DNA of 64,000 nucleotides from Carcharhinus longimanus (GCA_030264375.1 JASCQW010000162.1:57656113-57720112); one strand, 5' to 3'. Shown: positions 37,900 to 51,102, counted from the first letter of the stretch. Translations and numbers: made by a program. The notes: generated by a model from the letters alone, not told the origin.

Positions 37900-38260
37900 T
37901 CATTGTTGAGGTAGCCCTCAGTTCAAGGTGATGTCTACTCAAGAGTCATGACTTTCTATCTGGGTTCTTACGTGGCTAAGCAGACCAATTTACAAACTGT
38001 AGATTTTCAGGTATCCCACATGGCAGTGGGACCCAGAGTGTAAGATTGGGTTCCTTTTCCTTACCTTCTCTGTCATATCTCTGTCTCATTATCAAGAGAT
38101 GAGGGCACAGAAGCGTGAAACAGCTTGGTGGACACCATTCTGAATGATTGGTAGCAAATGCCCCCAAGTCATTAAGATCAATGCTGTCACACTTCAAGGA
38201 GAACTTCAGAGTACCTTTGAAACAGTTTCTTGCCCTTCCTGGTACGTTGACCATTCAAGA
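37900..38260 (-). mobile_element. RTE-clade LINE 3' end
   Basis: Translation (NGQRT..)CFKGTLKFSLKCDSIDLNDLGAFATNHSEW...REGKEKE resembles the RTE C-terminus 'GGQRKRFKDTLK.SLK...I....WE.LA.DR..W'. Confidence 0.7.
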
Positions 38261-39085
38261 GTGGGGAGAACACGATGTGATAGTGGAGAAAGTTTATGGC
38301 CATGCAGACACAGTGGTCAATCCTTCAAAGTTGATGTTGCAGGAGATTGCAGGCTTCTGTGCTCCAAAACGCTGAAAAATCATCATAATCCTACAATTGC
38401 TGAATGATAATGAGTGCTAATTGCTTTGGTGAGAGATCTGAAATAGATACATTCAAAATCCAGACTGGGGTCAAGTAAGGCTGTGAGATAGTAGATATTT
38501 TGGAAGCTATCAGATGGTGACTATTCACCTCAGCAAAGATCAATTGCCCTCTCATGTCAGCTGATGGAAAACATCTGAACACTGGCACCTCAGTGCCAAA
38601 ACCAAATCAATCTCCATGAATAGAAATGCTCTACGGTTTACAGATGATTGACCACACTGTCATTGGCCATTCTGTTCTAGGTTTCCAATTCACTCTTGAC
38701 CTCTTTAATACTGCATACAAATGGCCTGAACTGTCCTTGAATGTTGCCAAACCAAAACATACTTCAACCCACGTCTGGTCAGCCAAACGTTCCATGTCCC
38801 ATAAATGTTGAAGATGAGATTCTGGAATATGCTAAGCATTTCCCATACCTTGGCAGCCAACTCTCTCAAAAGGCTACCATCGATAAGCTCCAACACTAGA
38901 TTAGCTGCACTATTTCATTTGCTACAAACTACAGAACATGTATCTGCAAATTAAGTCAACAAAAATCATTGCATACAGAACAGCTGTAGTCACTACACTC
39001 CTGCATTGCAGACCTGGACTGTGTATCGTTGATAGACAAAAGCTTGGAAAAGGTCCAGCAGCAATGCTTCTTCCACATTAATGGG
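38255..39085 (+). mobile_element. RTE-clade LINE RT region (pseudogenised), inverted relative to its 3' end
   Basis: FKIQTGVK*GCE (38452-38487), LDLFNTAYKWPELSLNVAK, INVEDEILEYAKHFPYLGSQLSQKATID (38801-38884) and a TWTVYR..KLEKVQQQCF-like block near 39010-39070. Confidence 0.8.
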
Positions 39086-39334
39086 CTGGAATTCAACGTT
39101 GGTGAGAACCTCTGGTCCTGCTGACAGTGCACCCCCTCGTGTGTTTCCTAATGGCATGGGGTGTAAGCAAAGGGAAATCCCACTACTGGTGAACGCCACA
39201 TCGCTCCCACTGCGACTAACGCACAACAGGAATCCCTCCCAATGGGACAACTGTCAGACAAATTAAATTTGGTGCATATTTAATTCCTTGATTGGATTTC
39301 CTGGATTTGAGCCTTCCTCCTTTTCATAAAAAGT

Positions 39335-39755
39335 CTTTTAAACCTGCCATGACTTCAGAATGTTCCAGGGCATTTTATAGCCAGTGAAATAGTTTTAAAA
39401 ATACTGTTGTGCAATGTAGCAAACACAACAGCAAATCTGTGCCTATAGCAATGTTTCATAACATTAGTGTTTGAATGACCGGAGAATCTGACTTTCGTAG
39501 TAGTGTTTGTGGGATAAATATTAGGTAAGACACTGGGGAAAGCTCCCCTGCTTTTCTTTCGAATAGTATCACAGGATCTTTGACATCTACCAAGTTGAAG
39601 GCAGCTCTATTTAATTTTTCACTCAAAACACGGCACCCTTGACAATGGAGCACTCCCTCTGGATTGCGCTGTAACGTCAGTGTCAGTTAAAGTTTTATGC
39701 TCCTCACCGGACTTGAACTAATAACCTTCTGATTCAGGTGATCAAGCTACTCTGA
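39335..39755 (-). mobile_element. DeuSINE, near full length
   Basis: 'gggataaatattaggtaagacactggggaaagctcccctgcttttctttcgaatagtatcacaggatctttgacatc...ggacttgaac...aaccttctgattcag'. Confidence 0.7.
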
Positions 39756-39870
39756 CACCTTATTATCCACATTTTTATTGTCTCCTGCACTAGCATCTAA
39801 AGAGTTATATTGTTGGTTTAGACACATAGACTAGAAAATTAGTGTCACTGCCACTTTGAACAGAGGCTTT

Positions 39871-40272
39871 AAAAAAAATTCAGTCACAGGATGTGGGTGT
39901 TGCTGAGGAGACAGCGTTTGTTGTCCATTGCCAGTTTCCCTCGAGAAAATGATGGCGGGCTGTGTTTTTGAATACAACTGAATGACTTGCTAGGCCTTTT
40001 CAGAGGGTAATTAAGAGTCAACCACCATATGTGGAGTCACACATAAAGTAGACTGATGGAAAATTTCCTTCCCTACAGGACATTAGTGAGCCAGAGTTTT
40101 TATGACAAACCAGCAGTTTCATGGTCACTAATGTTGATACTAGCTTTTTAAAAAATTCCAGATTTATTTAATTGAATTTAAATTTCTCAGTTGCAGTGGA
40201 TGGCATTTGAACTCGTATGTCTGGATCATTAGTCCAGGCTCTGAATTACTAGTCTAGTGACACAGCCACTGG
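39871..40272 (-). mobile_element. SINE family B, full length
   Basis: Minus head GTGGCTGTGTCACTAGACTAGTAATTCAGAG...GAGTTCAAATGCC. Tail ...CACCCACATCCTGTGACTGAATTTTTTTT. Confidence 0.75.
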
Positions 40273-41102
40273 GCCCTCCTGGTACCTTGCTTATGTTCCT
40301 ACAGTTACAATACAGCCAGTGCAATTGGCCTCAGTTCCCCTACGAGAGTGAATCATCCAACATTTGCACTCCCAATTGCTCTACAGTAACTCTTTAGCCC
40401 ATTTGAAGTTTTTTTTGCACCTTTATGAGAAAGGAACACTATTTTCTCCTCTGTCCCTCAAGGTCTTGGCCAAACCCAGCATCTGATTAAGAGAACAAAA
40501 AGCCTGTTTTGGCTATCCTAACTGTGGTCAGTCGCTGGAGACGCAAGAGCATGACCAGGAGCGATGGATCCTCTTGGTCTTCTCACTCATCTCAAAACAG
40601 AAACCATTTGTACATTAAATAAACTGTGGCTATCCAATATTCTTCTTCTCCATGATAGAAAGTATTGGAGGCGCAAATGTTACACCATCAATCCCCATTC
40701 CCCACTGTCTAATTTCCATCATATTCAAATATGGGAATGACTAAACAGAATATTTTATGCTCTGTTAGGTATCACTTACATTTCCTGAAGCCGCTCTATC
40801 AGCAAAATGGGTGGGCAAACTTGCTAATCATGTGACACCTCATTAATCACATGAAAACTTCGAGCTCTGGGCATTTCAATACAGAATGTGAGCTAATTGT
40901 TAGCCAGCCATTTTGCATTCAAAAATTGCTCCCCCAGGACGAATTTATGGAGGGTTCTTGCAAAGAAAATAGCTCTTACAAAACAGAAGAAAAATATCTT
41001 ACCAAGAATGTGTTTCAGGAGCTTTTATAATAAGCACAAATACAGATAAGACTGAAAGCTGCACTGGATATTATGTCTTCCGAACTGCTAGTTCCATCAG
41101 AT

Positions 41103-41400
41103 CAGCACAGTGGTTAACACTGCTGCCTCACAGCACCAGGGATCCGGATTCAACTTCGGTCTATGGTCACTGTGTGGAGTTTTCACATTGTCCCCGTATC
41201 TGCATGGGTTTCCTCCGGGTGCTCTGGTTTCCTCCCACAGTCCAAAGATGAGCATGTTAGGCAGGCTGGTCATGCTAAATTGCCTTTAGTATGTGGGGGA
41301 TTAGGAGGGTAAATATGTGGTGTAAAAGGGATAGCGCCTGGGTGGGGTGCAGGCTCAATGGGCTGAAAAGCCTCCTTCTGCAATGTGGGGATTCTGTGAT
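41103..41400 (+). mobile_element. HE1-type V-SINE
   Basis: Head, V-domain and CR1-type tail all present. Confidence 0.9.
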
Positions 41401-44040
41401 AGAATATCATGCCAAAGAAGGCAGCACCAATGATGTTATTCTGTCTCTCTTTTTCTTTGTTTGGGGTGAGGAGAAGAGTGTCTATAGAAGATTTCCTCAA
41501 AAGCTAAAATGGGTTGGGTAGAGTGGAGGTCATAAATCTGAAAATATAAAGCCAGCAGCAACAACAAAAGTGACTGTGACGTTACACAATTTTTTATAAG
41601 TTCATGGGCTGACTGATGCCCTTGAGGGAAAGAAATCCATCATCCTTGCCTAGTTTGGCCTATACGTGACTCCAGCCCCACATCAACAAGTTGACTCTTC
41701 ACTCCCCTATGAAGTGATCAGTTAGATAAGGAACAGGACATGAATATCAGTGATACTCATAAACCAACAGTGAATACAAAAACAATGTTAGGATGGCTTC
41801 CAATGAAAGAATGAGTCTTGTTTACATCACCCAGCTTCAGATAAGGGTGATGAGACAGCTGTGACTTGTTACAATTTAACAGATTTGGAGCAAATGCCAT
41901 GCAATACACTATCTGTGAAGGCCAACAGTTTTAACGAGCATCTGAACGGAATGCACATCCAAATGGCATTGATAGTGAATGAGTTATTAATTCAAGTTCG
42001 TATTAGTAAATATAAATCATTTCTGGCTGTGATATTTTTTGAAGATTGAAATGTTAATGAACTGCTGATGCTAATCAAACCCCCATTTCCTATGTTTTGC
42101 ATGCAAATTCAAAACATGGGTTTAAAAAGGGCTAATGCTCTCACAATAAATTCAGAAACATATTCTACCACAGTCACGTATCAATCCGACATCCTTGCCA
42201 GCCATCTCGTGAGCGGAAAAAGTATGCTAATTTAGGGTCTGATTTTGGGCATTAGATTTTGCCATGGGTTTGCTCTTACTTGGAGCTGACTTGAGATGAA
42301 TCCAATTACCCTCAGGATGCCAGTGTGTTTGAAGTTCCATAGGGTTATAGCTGCTAGATGGCATTGGGGCTTTTGTCTCCTCTGGAACACAGAGCATCAA
42401 TCTGCACCCTGAGATCTCAGGCATCACAAACACACGTCTACCGTCTCATTACAAGTTGAAACCAGAGCAAGTTATATTGGCTGAAAACTTTGCCAGCAGC
42501 ACACACTTGAATTCATTGCCATGCATCTACAATCCTGTTCCTCAGTTTGAAGATGGGGCTCATGCTGGCTAAGTAGAAAGGACAGTTTGACAATGTATCG
42601 TGACAAGATGTTGTATGCTATACCACCTGCAGTGGCTATCATGCTTCTTTTGTGCTACTCCTCAATGTGAAGTGAAATTTTGTTATTCCATACTGGGACT
42701 GGTAAATTAATTTCATGTTGTCGCCCATATAGGTAAACATGTACATCTTACACTCCCTTTATGCTTTATGATACTCCCTGCGAACATAAAGACCAGTTTC
42801 ACCACAAGGACATGGGCAGAAATGAACCCTCACAAATGTCCACCCAATTTGTGCCCACAGCTGAGGTTAAGCTTTTCTGCTGATGGCCGATGCCTGAGAA
42901 ACCAAACACTCGGCTCCCAGCTCATCCACAAACACACCAAAGCTAGTGCCACTCTGGAGGACTACTGTTCCCCGACGGTAGAAAATGTAGCCGACCTTGT
43001 TAAGTGCAGCTCTCCTTCCGTTCCCTCAGTCCTCGAGTCATGTATCCAACTCGCATGTATTGGATTGGCACCACTGTGTGGATGGTGACAAACCTTTGAA
43101 ATAAAATGACCTTAAGGGGAGCATAATTGTAATTAAGAACCTTACAGCTGGAGGAAAAAAAAATCCTGATCCATTATTTCACCTTTTTTTTCATGTGGCA
43201 GTTATTGTATTTGTCTGATCAGATGGACATTGTACCCTGTGAGATTGGCTCAGGTTAAGTGCATAATGCTGTTCCTGTTTAGTGGCTTGCAGATCTGCAA
43301 TGCAGATGAACTTTGATTCACTCCAGAATGTGTCATGAATAGTTGCCAGTCATGTAGTACCTACAAGTAGTTACTGAGGAATGAAAATAACATTGCCACC
43401 CACTCAATACAGCATTGAGACAAATGAGCAGAGAGCAGGGTTGTAACCCAATCAGCCAGATCAGGGAGCTTGTCGAAACAGATTGAAGCTCACTCACGAG
43501 GGGAATCTGTGACTATGTTACGCACGTAACAACAGGCATATGGGAGTGCAAAGCTGAACCATTTGGAAAGCACCAAATAAAGTTAACAAAGAGAAAACTG
43601 AATAGTTCAGAGATAAAGTCTGAGGCTGGGTAAGTTGTTATTATGAGGAGGGTGACCCCACGAGACAATCTTGAGGCTGTTCCCCTTAGATATTTCACAG
43701 ATCTCTAACATTTGAGCAAACTCCTGGACTGTATTCTCACTCTTGACTCCAAATGGATCCCTTCTGAATTTCGCTCCAAGAAATCAGAACCACTTCACAA
43801 TCCATACAGCAGAAGGCCATTGCTTCAAATATAACAGAACCCACTGCAACAAATGTAATTTCAGACTATGTAGATAGATCAAAACCTATGCATGTTTAAA
43901 GGAGTACGCAGACAGTCTCAGTACATGAATGCAGCATTCAATATAGCATCGAACATTATAGAGCAAGATTTGAATTCTGATCATCCACTTCATCCTAGTG
44001 GCAAAGGTGTGGCAGCTGGGGAAAAACCTGCTGCAAAACT

Positions 44041-44378
44041 GACAACACTGTAGTATAGTGGTTAGCACTACTGCCTCACCTTGCCAAGGACCCGGGTTCA
44101 ATTCTGACCTCAGGTCAATGGCTGTGTGGAGTTTGCACATTCTCCTCCTGTCTATGTGGGTTTCCTCCCACACTCCAAAGATGTGCAGGTTCAGTGACTT
44201 GGCCATGCTAAATTGCCCCTTAGTATCCCAGGCTCTATAGATTAGGGGGATTAGCAAGGTAAATGCGTGGATTATGGGGATGGGGTCAGGGTTGGGTATG
44301 GATAAGAAGCTCTGTCAGAGAGGTGATGCAGATTTGATGGGCTGAACGGCCTTATTCTGCATTGTAGAGATTCTATGA
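44041..44378 (+). mobile_element. HE1-type V-SINE
   Basis: Head, V-domain and tail ending 'gattctatga'. Confidence 0.9.
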
Positions 44379-45102
44379 ATAGCAAGGAAAATTGGAGGGA
44401 ATAGATATGAAATCCAATGCTAATAAATGTGAGGGTCTATCTGTCTTTACTTTCAATACTGCCTGGACTCTGCAATATGTTATTTCTTCTGTGAAATGTG
44501 GCAATCACACAGGCTATCCTGGGCCAGCCATTACACACCATATATAAATGTGGCATCGTGAGGCATTGTATCATTTCCATATGAGATTGGATCGCAGCAA
44601 AATTTCAATCTGCCTTCCTGCAATGTCGAAAAGCACTTCCAGCAGGAGTTGGTGAATGACAATCAGCAATCCAGGCCTCCTCTCAACACCCCAAAGGCTG
44701 GTACAAGTTTGAAACTCTCTACCACAAATGGCAAGCTGAGGTTGATAGTTTTTTTTATTAACCAAAGGGACTTTGGGGAAAAGGATGGGTCTATGGAGTT
44801 AGGTACCAGATCAGTCACATGCTCATCAGAACAGGGTCAAGGTGCAGGTACCAATCAGTCAGAACAGGCTCATGGAGCTGAATGGGCCTACACCTGTTTC
44901 TATATTCTCCAAGCCAGGGTGCTGAGGCCAATTCTAATGCACTGACAGCAGCTCCAGCTGAAATCAGCAAAATCAGCAGAAAATGGGAATTTCTGTCTGA
45001 TTAAACTTCCAAGTGCCTTGGGACGTGTTTCTACTTGAAAGGTGCCCTATAAATGCAAGTTGAACTTGTTTTACTTTGTTTTATAGGATTTATTTTATAT
45101 GA

Positions 45103-45234
45103 TGCACTCTTCAGTTGTTTATCCAAACACCATTTATCTGAATTAACTAGTTATCTGAATTTCCCCTGTTGCTTCTTCATATAATTACTGGATTCACAGC
45201 AGATCTATTTAGATAAACAGAATTCAACAGTGTA
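45103..45234. mobile_element. Old Tc1/pogo(Tigger)-like MITE
   Basis: Imperfect terminal inverted repeats TGCACTCTTCAGTTGTTTATCCAAA / TTTAGATAAACAGAATTCAACAGTGTA, plus internal TTATCTGAAT repeats. Confidence 0.5.
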
Positions 45235-45520
45235 TAATAGTTACTAACCTACTGCATTCTTTGTAACCTTTTTGTGTAATAGTATAATTTACAATCATTT
45301 CCTCTGATATGGTAGCCTTAGGAAGAGTAAAGTACTGCAGTAATGAGTTATATACAAAAGGGAATTAATAAAGGTGCTTGACCTGAAAAACAAAGCCACG
45401 CGTATTACAGTTTGATGGTTATGTTTTCCGGAGAACTGCTATGGTAATAATGAGCACTGCAACTGTAAAAGAGTAAGGCAGTCCATTAATGGAGCAAACA
45501 CAAATCTAAAAATTGCACAG

Positions 45521-45820
45521 CTTCCCATTAGCTCAGTAGCCAACGTACCAAGCTCTAACTCCACAATCAGTATGGCACTGATACATAACAGCTCAGGAAT
45601 ATCTCAGGCTCAAAAACTGGCTTGTAGCGGGTCAGTTCCTTTAAATCAAAGCAGTTGAGTTGGCATTATTGCCCTCAAGTGTTACGGGGAGGTGGGGGTG
45701 GAGTTGGGGCATGGAGGACAGATAGCCAGGCTGCAACCAGGCATCACCTAATGGCTAACTGCTGACCCTGAATAAGACAGGAATAGAGAACGGGACTGAA
45801 TTTGGCTGTGATGCTCCCAA
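45521..45820 (+). mobile_element. AmnSINE2-like SINE
   Basis: 'ttagctcagt...gtatggcactgatacataacagctcaggaatatctcaggctc...tagccagg...ttggctgtgatgctccc'. Confidence 0.5.
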
Positions 45821-45927
45821 GCTCGAACTGCAAACACACTTGAAGAAGGGGGGAAGTGAAGGTGGAGAAGGACTTCAGAAATGCCTGTCATTACCAACTG
45901 GGATACATGATTCAAAGCAGCAATGCA

Positions 45928-46038
45928 GGGCAGAATTTTACCAGCATGAGGTGTGTACAAACCCGCCCGAGGCCAATGGACAATGCCATTCTCTGAGCCT
46001 CGACTGCCCCCAGAATCAGTGCTTGTAAAATTCTGGCC
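45928..46038. mobile_element. MITE-like element (~111 bp)
   Basis: TIRs GGGCAGAATTTTAC ... GTAAAATTCTGGCC. Confidence 0.65.
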
Positions 46039-48269
46039 AAGGTCTCCAAACAATGTGCTTAATAATAATAGTGGGTGTTATAAATTTAAAAAGGATGCAG
46101 CAACCTGCATCAGTTGCTTTAAGAGCTGATCACATGATTTGATGATGATGATATTAGAATGTAAGTTCAGGTTTCTGTTTTAATTTCAATCTTGTATTTG
46201 GTGCAAAGCAAAGCACAGCTCTTCAATAAAACCTGTTGTGTGTTTGTTTGAATCTACTTGTGCAAACCAAGCCTTTTTTTTGCTAAAACCTATCATTGTT
46301 AGGACATTACAGTAGGCCTTGCTTCATCTTGTGTTATGTGCAGCCAGGAGAAAGAGGAATGAAAGTCATTGTGTCAGCTAAGTGCTGCTACAGTGTAACT
46401 TGAGGTACCATTTAACCATTGTCATTATGTTAGATGTCTGAAGGTCTGCAGTGAGTTCAGTGAATGTAAAATAACAGGATGAATTTGGATCCCTTCTCCT
46501 GAATTAAGTTACCCCAGTCCTGACATTTTTTTTTAAACAAGATATTGCTGGAAACTTGAATTTGCATTCGGATTTTTGAGCTGAATGTAATCACAGACTG
46601 AAATCATTGATTTGCTTTCCAATACATGGAAACAATTTTAATTTCAGCTTCGTGCACATACAAGCTGTCTCTGAATAAAGAGCCATGTAATTTTGACTGC
46701 CTGCCCTAATTTGAACGTAAGTTGATCCCATCCATTTGTTTAGGGCACTGAGCTTCATTTCAAACATCTCCAAATCAAATTCTACCCAAATGGAAAACTT
46801 CCCATCAAAGCAGGTTTGTCACAAAGAGCTCAAAACTCTACCAACAATCCTCGGATTGCAGCAAGTTCTGGGAATTTCTAATAGCAGCACTGTTATCTAA
46901 GCAGCAGTCTCTGTGCAGTGAGTATCAGCATGTTTCGTCACCCAAGAGGACCCCCAAGGGCAATCCAGATCCCATCATCACATGATCCTCCTTCATGCGC
47001 AACCGCCAAGGTGATAGATGAGGGTATGAAACCCAATCAATTTTTCTTTGCACCACTCATTCTGAGGCCCAATATAGCAACTCCTCCCCGCCCCACCATT
47101 TTCTCCAGTTAAAGATAACTAATGAAGCCGGGGGCTTAGGATCTGTCTGTCTCGACCAAAATTTATTCCTCCACTAACACCTAAACAATTAGATTGACCT
47201 CATCATCTCATTGCTGCTCATGAGTGCTTGTTGTACAAAACTGGATGCGGTAATTTTCGACATTACAACAATGGCCACATTTGAAAAGTATTTAGTTGAC
47301 TGTAAAGAATTTTTGGAACACAATGATCGTGAAAGACGCTACAGAAATGCACCTCCTTTCTTTCTTGCAGTTATTAGGTTGGAGGGGGAACAAGACTAGA
47401 CTAGACATTTTATTTCTGCAGGATACAAGGGTTTATTAAGAGACACAAAGCACCTATAGTGACGGTGACGGGTATTTTGTGATGGGAACTGGAATTTGGA
47501 GTTGTGAAAAATGAATAAAAACCTGTCAGGGAAAGTGTAACATTCAATTATCTGATCAAAATCTGCTCTAGCAGAGTGTGCACAAAGGTACTGAACACAT
47601 TGATGCGGCACCAAAAAATAAACTTGAAGTGTCTGCATATTTGAGTTTTATTAGCTGGTCAGTGATTGACACACATTACTTATCTACTCAAAATCAATGT
47701 ATTGACAATGTTTGAGCAAAGTTAGATATTCAAACCAAAGGAAGGGTTATCATTGGCTGGGAAATGATCCACAATAAATTCACAGTTTGAGTTCAAGGTC
47801 TTGACAGTGGAGTGGAATGGGGAGATGGGTGGAGGCAGGGGAGAATGGAAGTATGGTGGGGATGAAAGTGTGTGCTGTCCAATCCCCCAAATTCTGTTGG
47901 GAGGTTGTTCAGCTTTAATTATTTGCTCAAAGGCTAGTTTGATCGTAAAACCATTTTCAAATGATTTTGCGCAGAAAATTTTATTAAACAGACTCCTCTC
48001 ACATTACAGGGTCGCACAGTGGAACCAAATGGTCTGTACTATGAATATTTACAAATGATCTGCAAATTTTCTATTAAAGTCTATTTTTTCACCAGTTTTC
48101 TTACAGATATAATCACATTGTTATGATAAAAGCTCACCTGGTCAACTCCAAACAACTCAACTGGCCAGCAGCAAACTGACCAGCTGAGAGGTAGTCAGCT
48201 AAAATTAGCTCAACTGAGACCGATTTAAATTCCCACTTAAATGTCGACCAGTTACAACTGATTTTCCCA

Positions 48270-49510
48270 TGAAAAAAAGCCACGAAGGCCTTGGAGAGGA
48301 TATGGAGGAGATTTACCAGAACACTATCAGATTTCAGTTACATGCAGAGACCAGAGAGGCTGGAATTATTCTCCTTTGAGATAGAACCGTTCAAAATTAC
48401 GCAAAGTTCTGTTGATTAAATAAGGGGAAATTGTTTCTACTGACTGGTGATCCGGCAACCGGATTATCATAGAATCTCTATAATGTTAAAGAAGGCCATT
48501 CAGCCCACTGAGATTGCACTGACTCTCTTAAAGAGCATCTTACCCATACCCACCCCCTGCTCTATCCCATAACCCCACACATCCCACTAATCTCCCTGAC
48601 CTACACGTCTTTGGACTCAAGAGGACAATTTAGCATGGCCAATTAACCTAACCTGCAGATCTTTGGACCGTGGGAGGAGACCGACACAGACGCAGGAAGA
48701 ACATGCAAACCACAGTCATCCAAGGTCAGAATTGAACCTGAGTCCCTGGTGCTGTGAGGCAGCAGTATAAACCACTGTGCAGATGACGTGGACTTAAGAT
48801 GAATGTAGAAACTATACTTATAGAATCACAGAATCCCTACAATGCAGAAGAAGTCATNNNNNNNNNNNNNNNNNNNNNNNNNNNNNNNNNNNNNNNNNNN
48901 NNNNNNNNNNNNNNNNNNNNNNNNNNNNNNNNNNNNNNNNNNNNNNNNNNNNNNNNNNNNNNNNNNNNNNNNNNNNNNNNNNNNNNNNNNNNNNNNNNNN
49001 NNNNNNNNNNNNNNNNNNNNNNNNNNNNNNNNNNNNNNNNNNNNNNNNNNNNNNNNNNGGTAGACTATTAATCCAGAAACTCAGCTGATGTTCTGGGAAT
49101 CTGGGTTCAAATCCCGCCATGCAGACACAGGGAGAACGTGCAAACTCCACACAGTCATCCAAGACTGGAATTGAACCCGGGTCTCATGAGCTGTAAGGCA
49201 GCAGTGTTAATCACTGTGCTACCATGTTAATTTTAGATTTAAGATAATTGGCAAAAGAACCAGAGGGAAGATGAGACCAATTTTTAAGCAGCAAGTTGTT
49301 CTGATTCATTGTTTGAAAGGGCAGTGGATCAAAGCAGATTTAATAGTAACTTTGAAAAAAAGGAATGGGACAATTAAAAGGAATACAATTAATTGGAAAA
49401 AGGAACAATTTAAGGGCTGCAAGGAAAGGGTGTGGGGTAATTAGATACCGCTTTCGAAAGCTGACACAGGCACACTGGGCCAAAAGGCCTCCTCCTTCAG
49501 TAAGGCTCCA
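48270..49510 (+). mobile_element. CR1 3' fragment interrupted by a cluster of SINEs
   Basis: CR1-like 'gccttggagaggatatggaggagatttaccaga' to ~48460 resumes at ~49232 'agatttaagataattggcaaaagaaccagaggg' through 'gggccaaaaggcctcctcc'. Confidence 0.65.
48466..48781 (-). mobile_element. HE1-type V-SINE
   Basis: Reverse-complement head 'gaacctgagtccctggtgctgtgaggcagcagtataaaccactgtgc' and tail 'atcatagaatc'. A second copy follows (tail at 48819, head at 49118-49227) across a gap. Confidence 0.85.
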
Positions 49511-49696
49511 TGATATAGTGCACAGCTTTTGTTTTTTTAATGTGGAATGTCCTTCATGGTTCTGCTGCACCATGTGGTGACCTAGATGACGAAAGGTGAA
49601 CCAGATGTTTGTGCTTCTTTCCTCTGGCTGTTTTTAAATTGCTGCAAAGCCATTGGCATCAGATACCTGGGGCTCACCCTGTGGATAGTAACCTTC

Positions 49697-49905
49697 TAAG
49701 AAGTCTCACAACACCAGGTCCAACAGGTTTATTTGATAGCACAAGCCACTAGCTTTAGGAGCCCAGCCCCTTCATCAGGTGAGTTAAGGGGTAGCGCTCT
49801 GAAAGCTCGTGGCTTATGCTACCAAATAAACCTGTTGGACTTTAACCTGGTGTTGTGAGACTTCTTACCGTGATTACCCTATCCAACGCTGGCGTCTCCA
49901 CATCA
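49697..49905. mobile_element. Palindromic Penelope pseudo-LTR-only insertion with two partial hammerhead motifs
   Basis: Inverted arms 49697-49772 and 49786-49867 are homologous to 8018-8100. Flanks TGGATAGTAACCTT (49682-49695) / TGGATATCAACCTT (49906-49919) form a probable TSD. Confidence 0.85.
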
Positions 49906-50754
49906 TGGATATCAACCTTGCCAGCTTTGTGAAATCTGACCACTGGAAGACTCATTTAAAAACAGACATAAACATTTATACAAGGAGCATTCCAAGTGGC
50001 CAGCCCTGGTGACTGTACAAAATTTATTTTGCCATCCCAGCAGTGCAAACTCCATGCAAAAGTGCCAGTGGCCCTGACACAGCAGGGGTAAAAGTAACAA
50101 AAGCAGAGGCACACCAAGAATGTCAAAACAAACATCGCTGAGTTCGTGGAAATCTCTTACTCCAAAAGCTTGAATTGATCATTTCAATTAGACAGGTTAG
50201 GTAGAACCGGGGCACATGTGTATATGAAAGTAGAAGTAGATTATGCGTCAGGAGGATTATTTTTCCCAGCAGGCCATTGGGCTTTTCAGCAAGTTGTTGA
50301 CATATTCAGTGAATGTGGGATTCGCTGCAAGCATTCAAATGGAATCTGGTCACATTCTTAACAAGAGCTGGTACCACAGCCTTTCAGATGCCAGTTGGGG
50401 TATTGAGCGAAAAAAAATAAAATACTGTGGATGTTGGAACCTGAACAAAAACAGAGGCCACTGGAAAAACTCTGGCAGCATCAATCAGGAGAGAAACACA
50501 TACTGAGTGATGTGTCTTGCGATCACTGTGGTCTCCTGGAACTGATCCCCCCAACCATTTGGCTTCAATTTATTTCTATATGTGAGGGTGATTATTTTGA
50601 GTCTCCCAGGTGATTTGTGGCTCTTGGTGCTTTGGAAAAGAGGGGGAAAACAAGGGGGTTGAGGGGCATGGTGCTTATTTGCATCATAACAGAATGAAAC
50701 AAGGTCAGTGCAGCGGCTCATCATTCTCTGTCCCTTTTGATCAAATGCCCCTAA

Positions 50755-51102
50755 GTGGTAACAATTTGCATTTATTTTGTCCCTTTAACACAGCAGAACA
50801 CCCCTCTTCATAGGAGTGTAATGAAACAGAATTTGGCAGTTAGTCACAAAAGGAGATACTGGAACAGATAACCAAAAGCTTGGTCAATGATTTTCAGCAG
50901 CATCCTAAATGAGGAAAGTGAGATGGAGAGGTATAGGACCTCGGCAGCTTAATGGCGGACTGCTTAATCTCAGTATGCAAGTGGCCACAATTTGGAGAAG
51001 TGCAGACTTCTTAGAAGTGTCTTAATGTTTTAAGCATTATTGAGATGCGGGCGGGGGGGGGGGCGGGGGGGGAGCCCCAGTTGTCCAGGAAANNNNNNNN
51101 NN

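Noticed and set aside
49845-49860. CTGGTGTTGTGA resemblance to miR-138
   Set aside because: It is part of the multi-copy PLE pseudo-LTR, and the rest of the mature miRNA sequence does not match.
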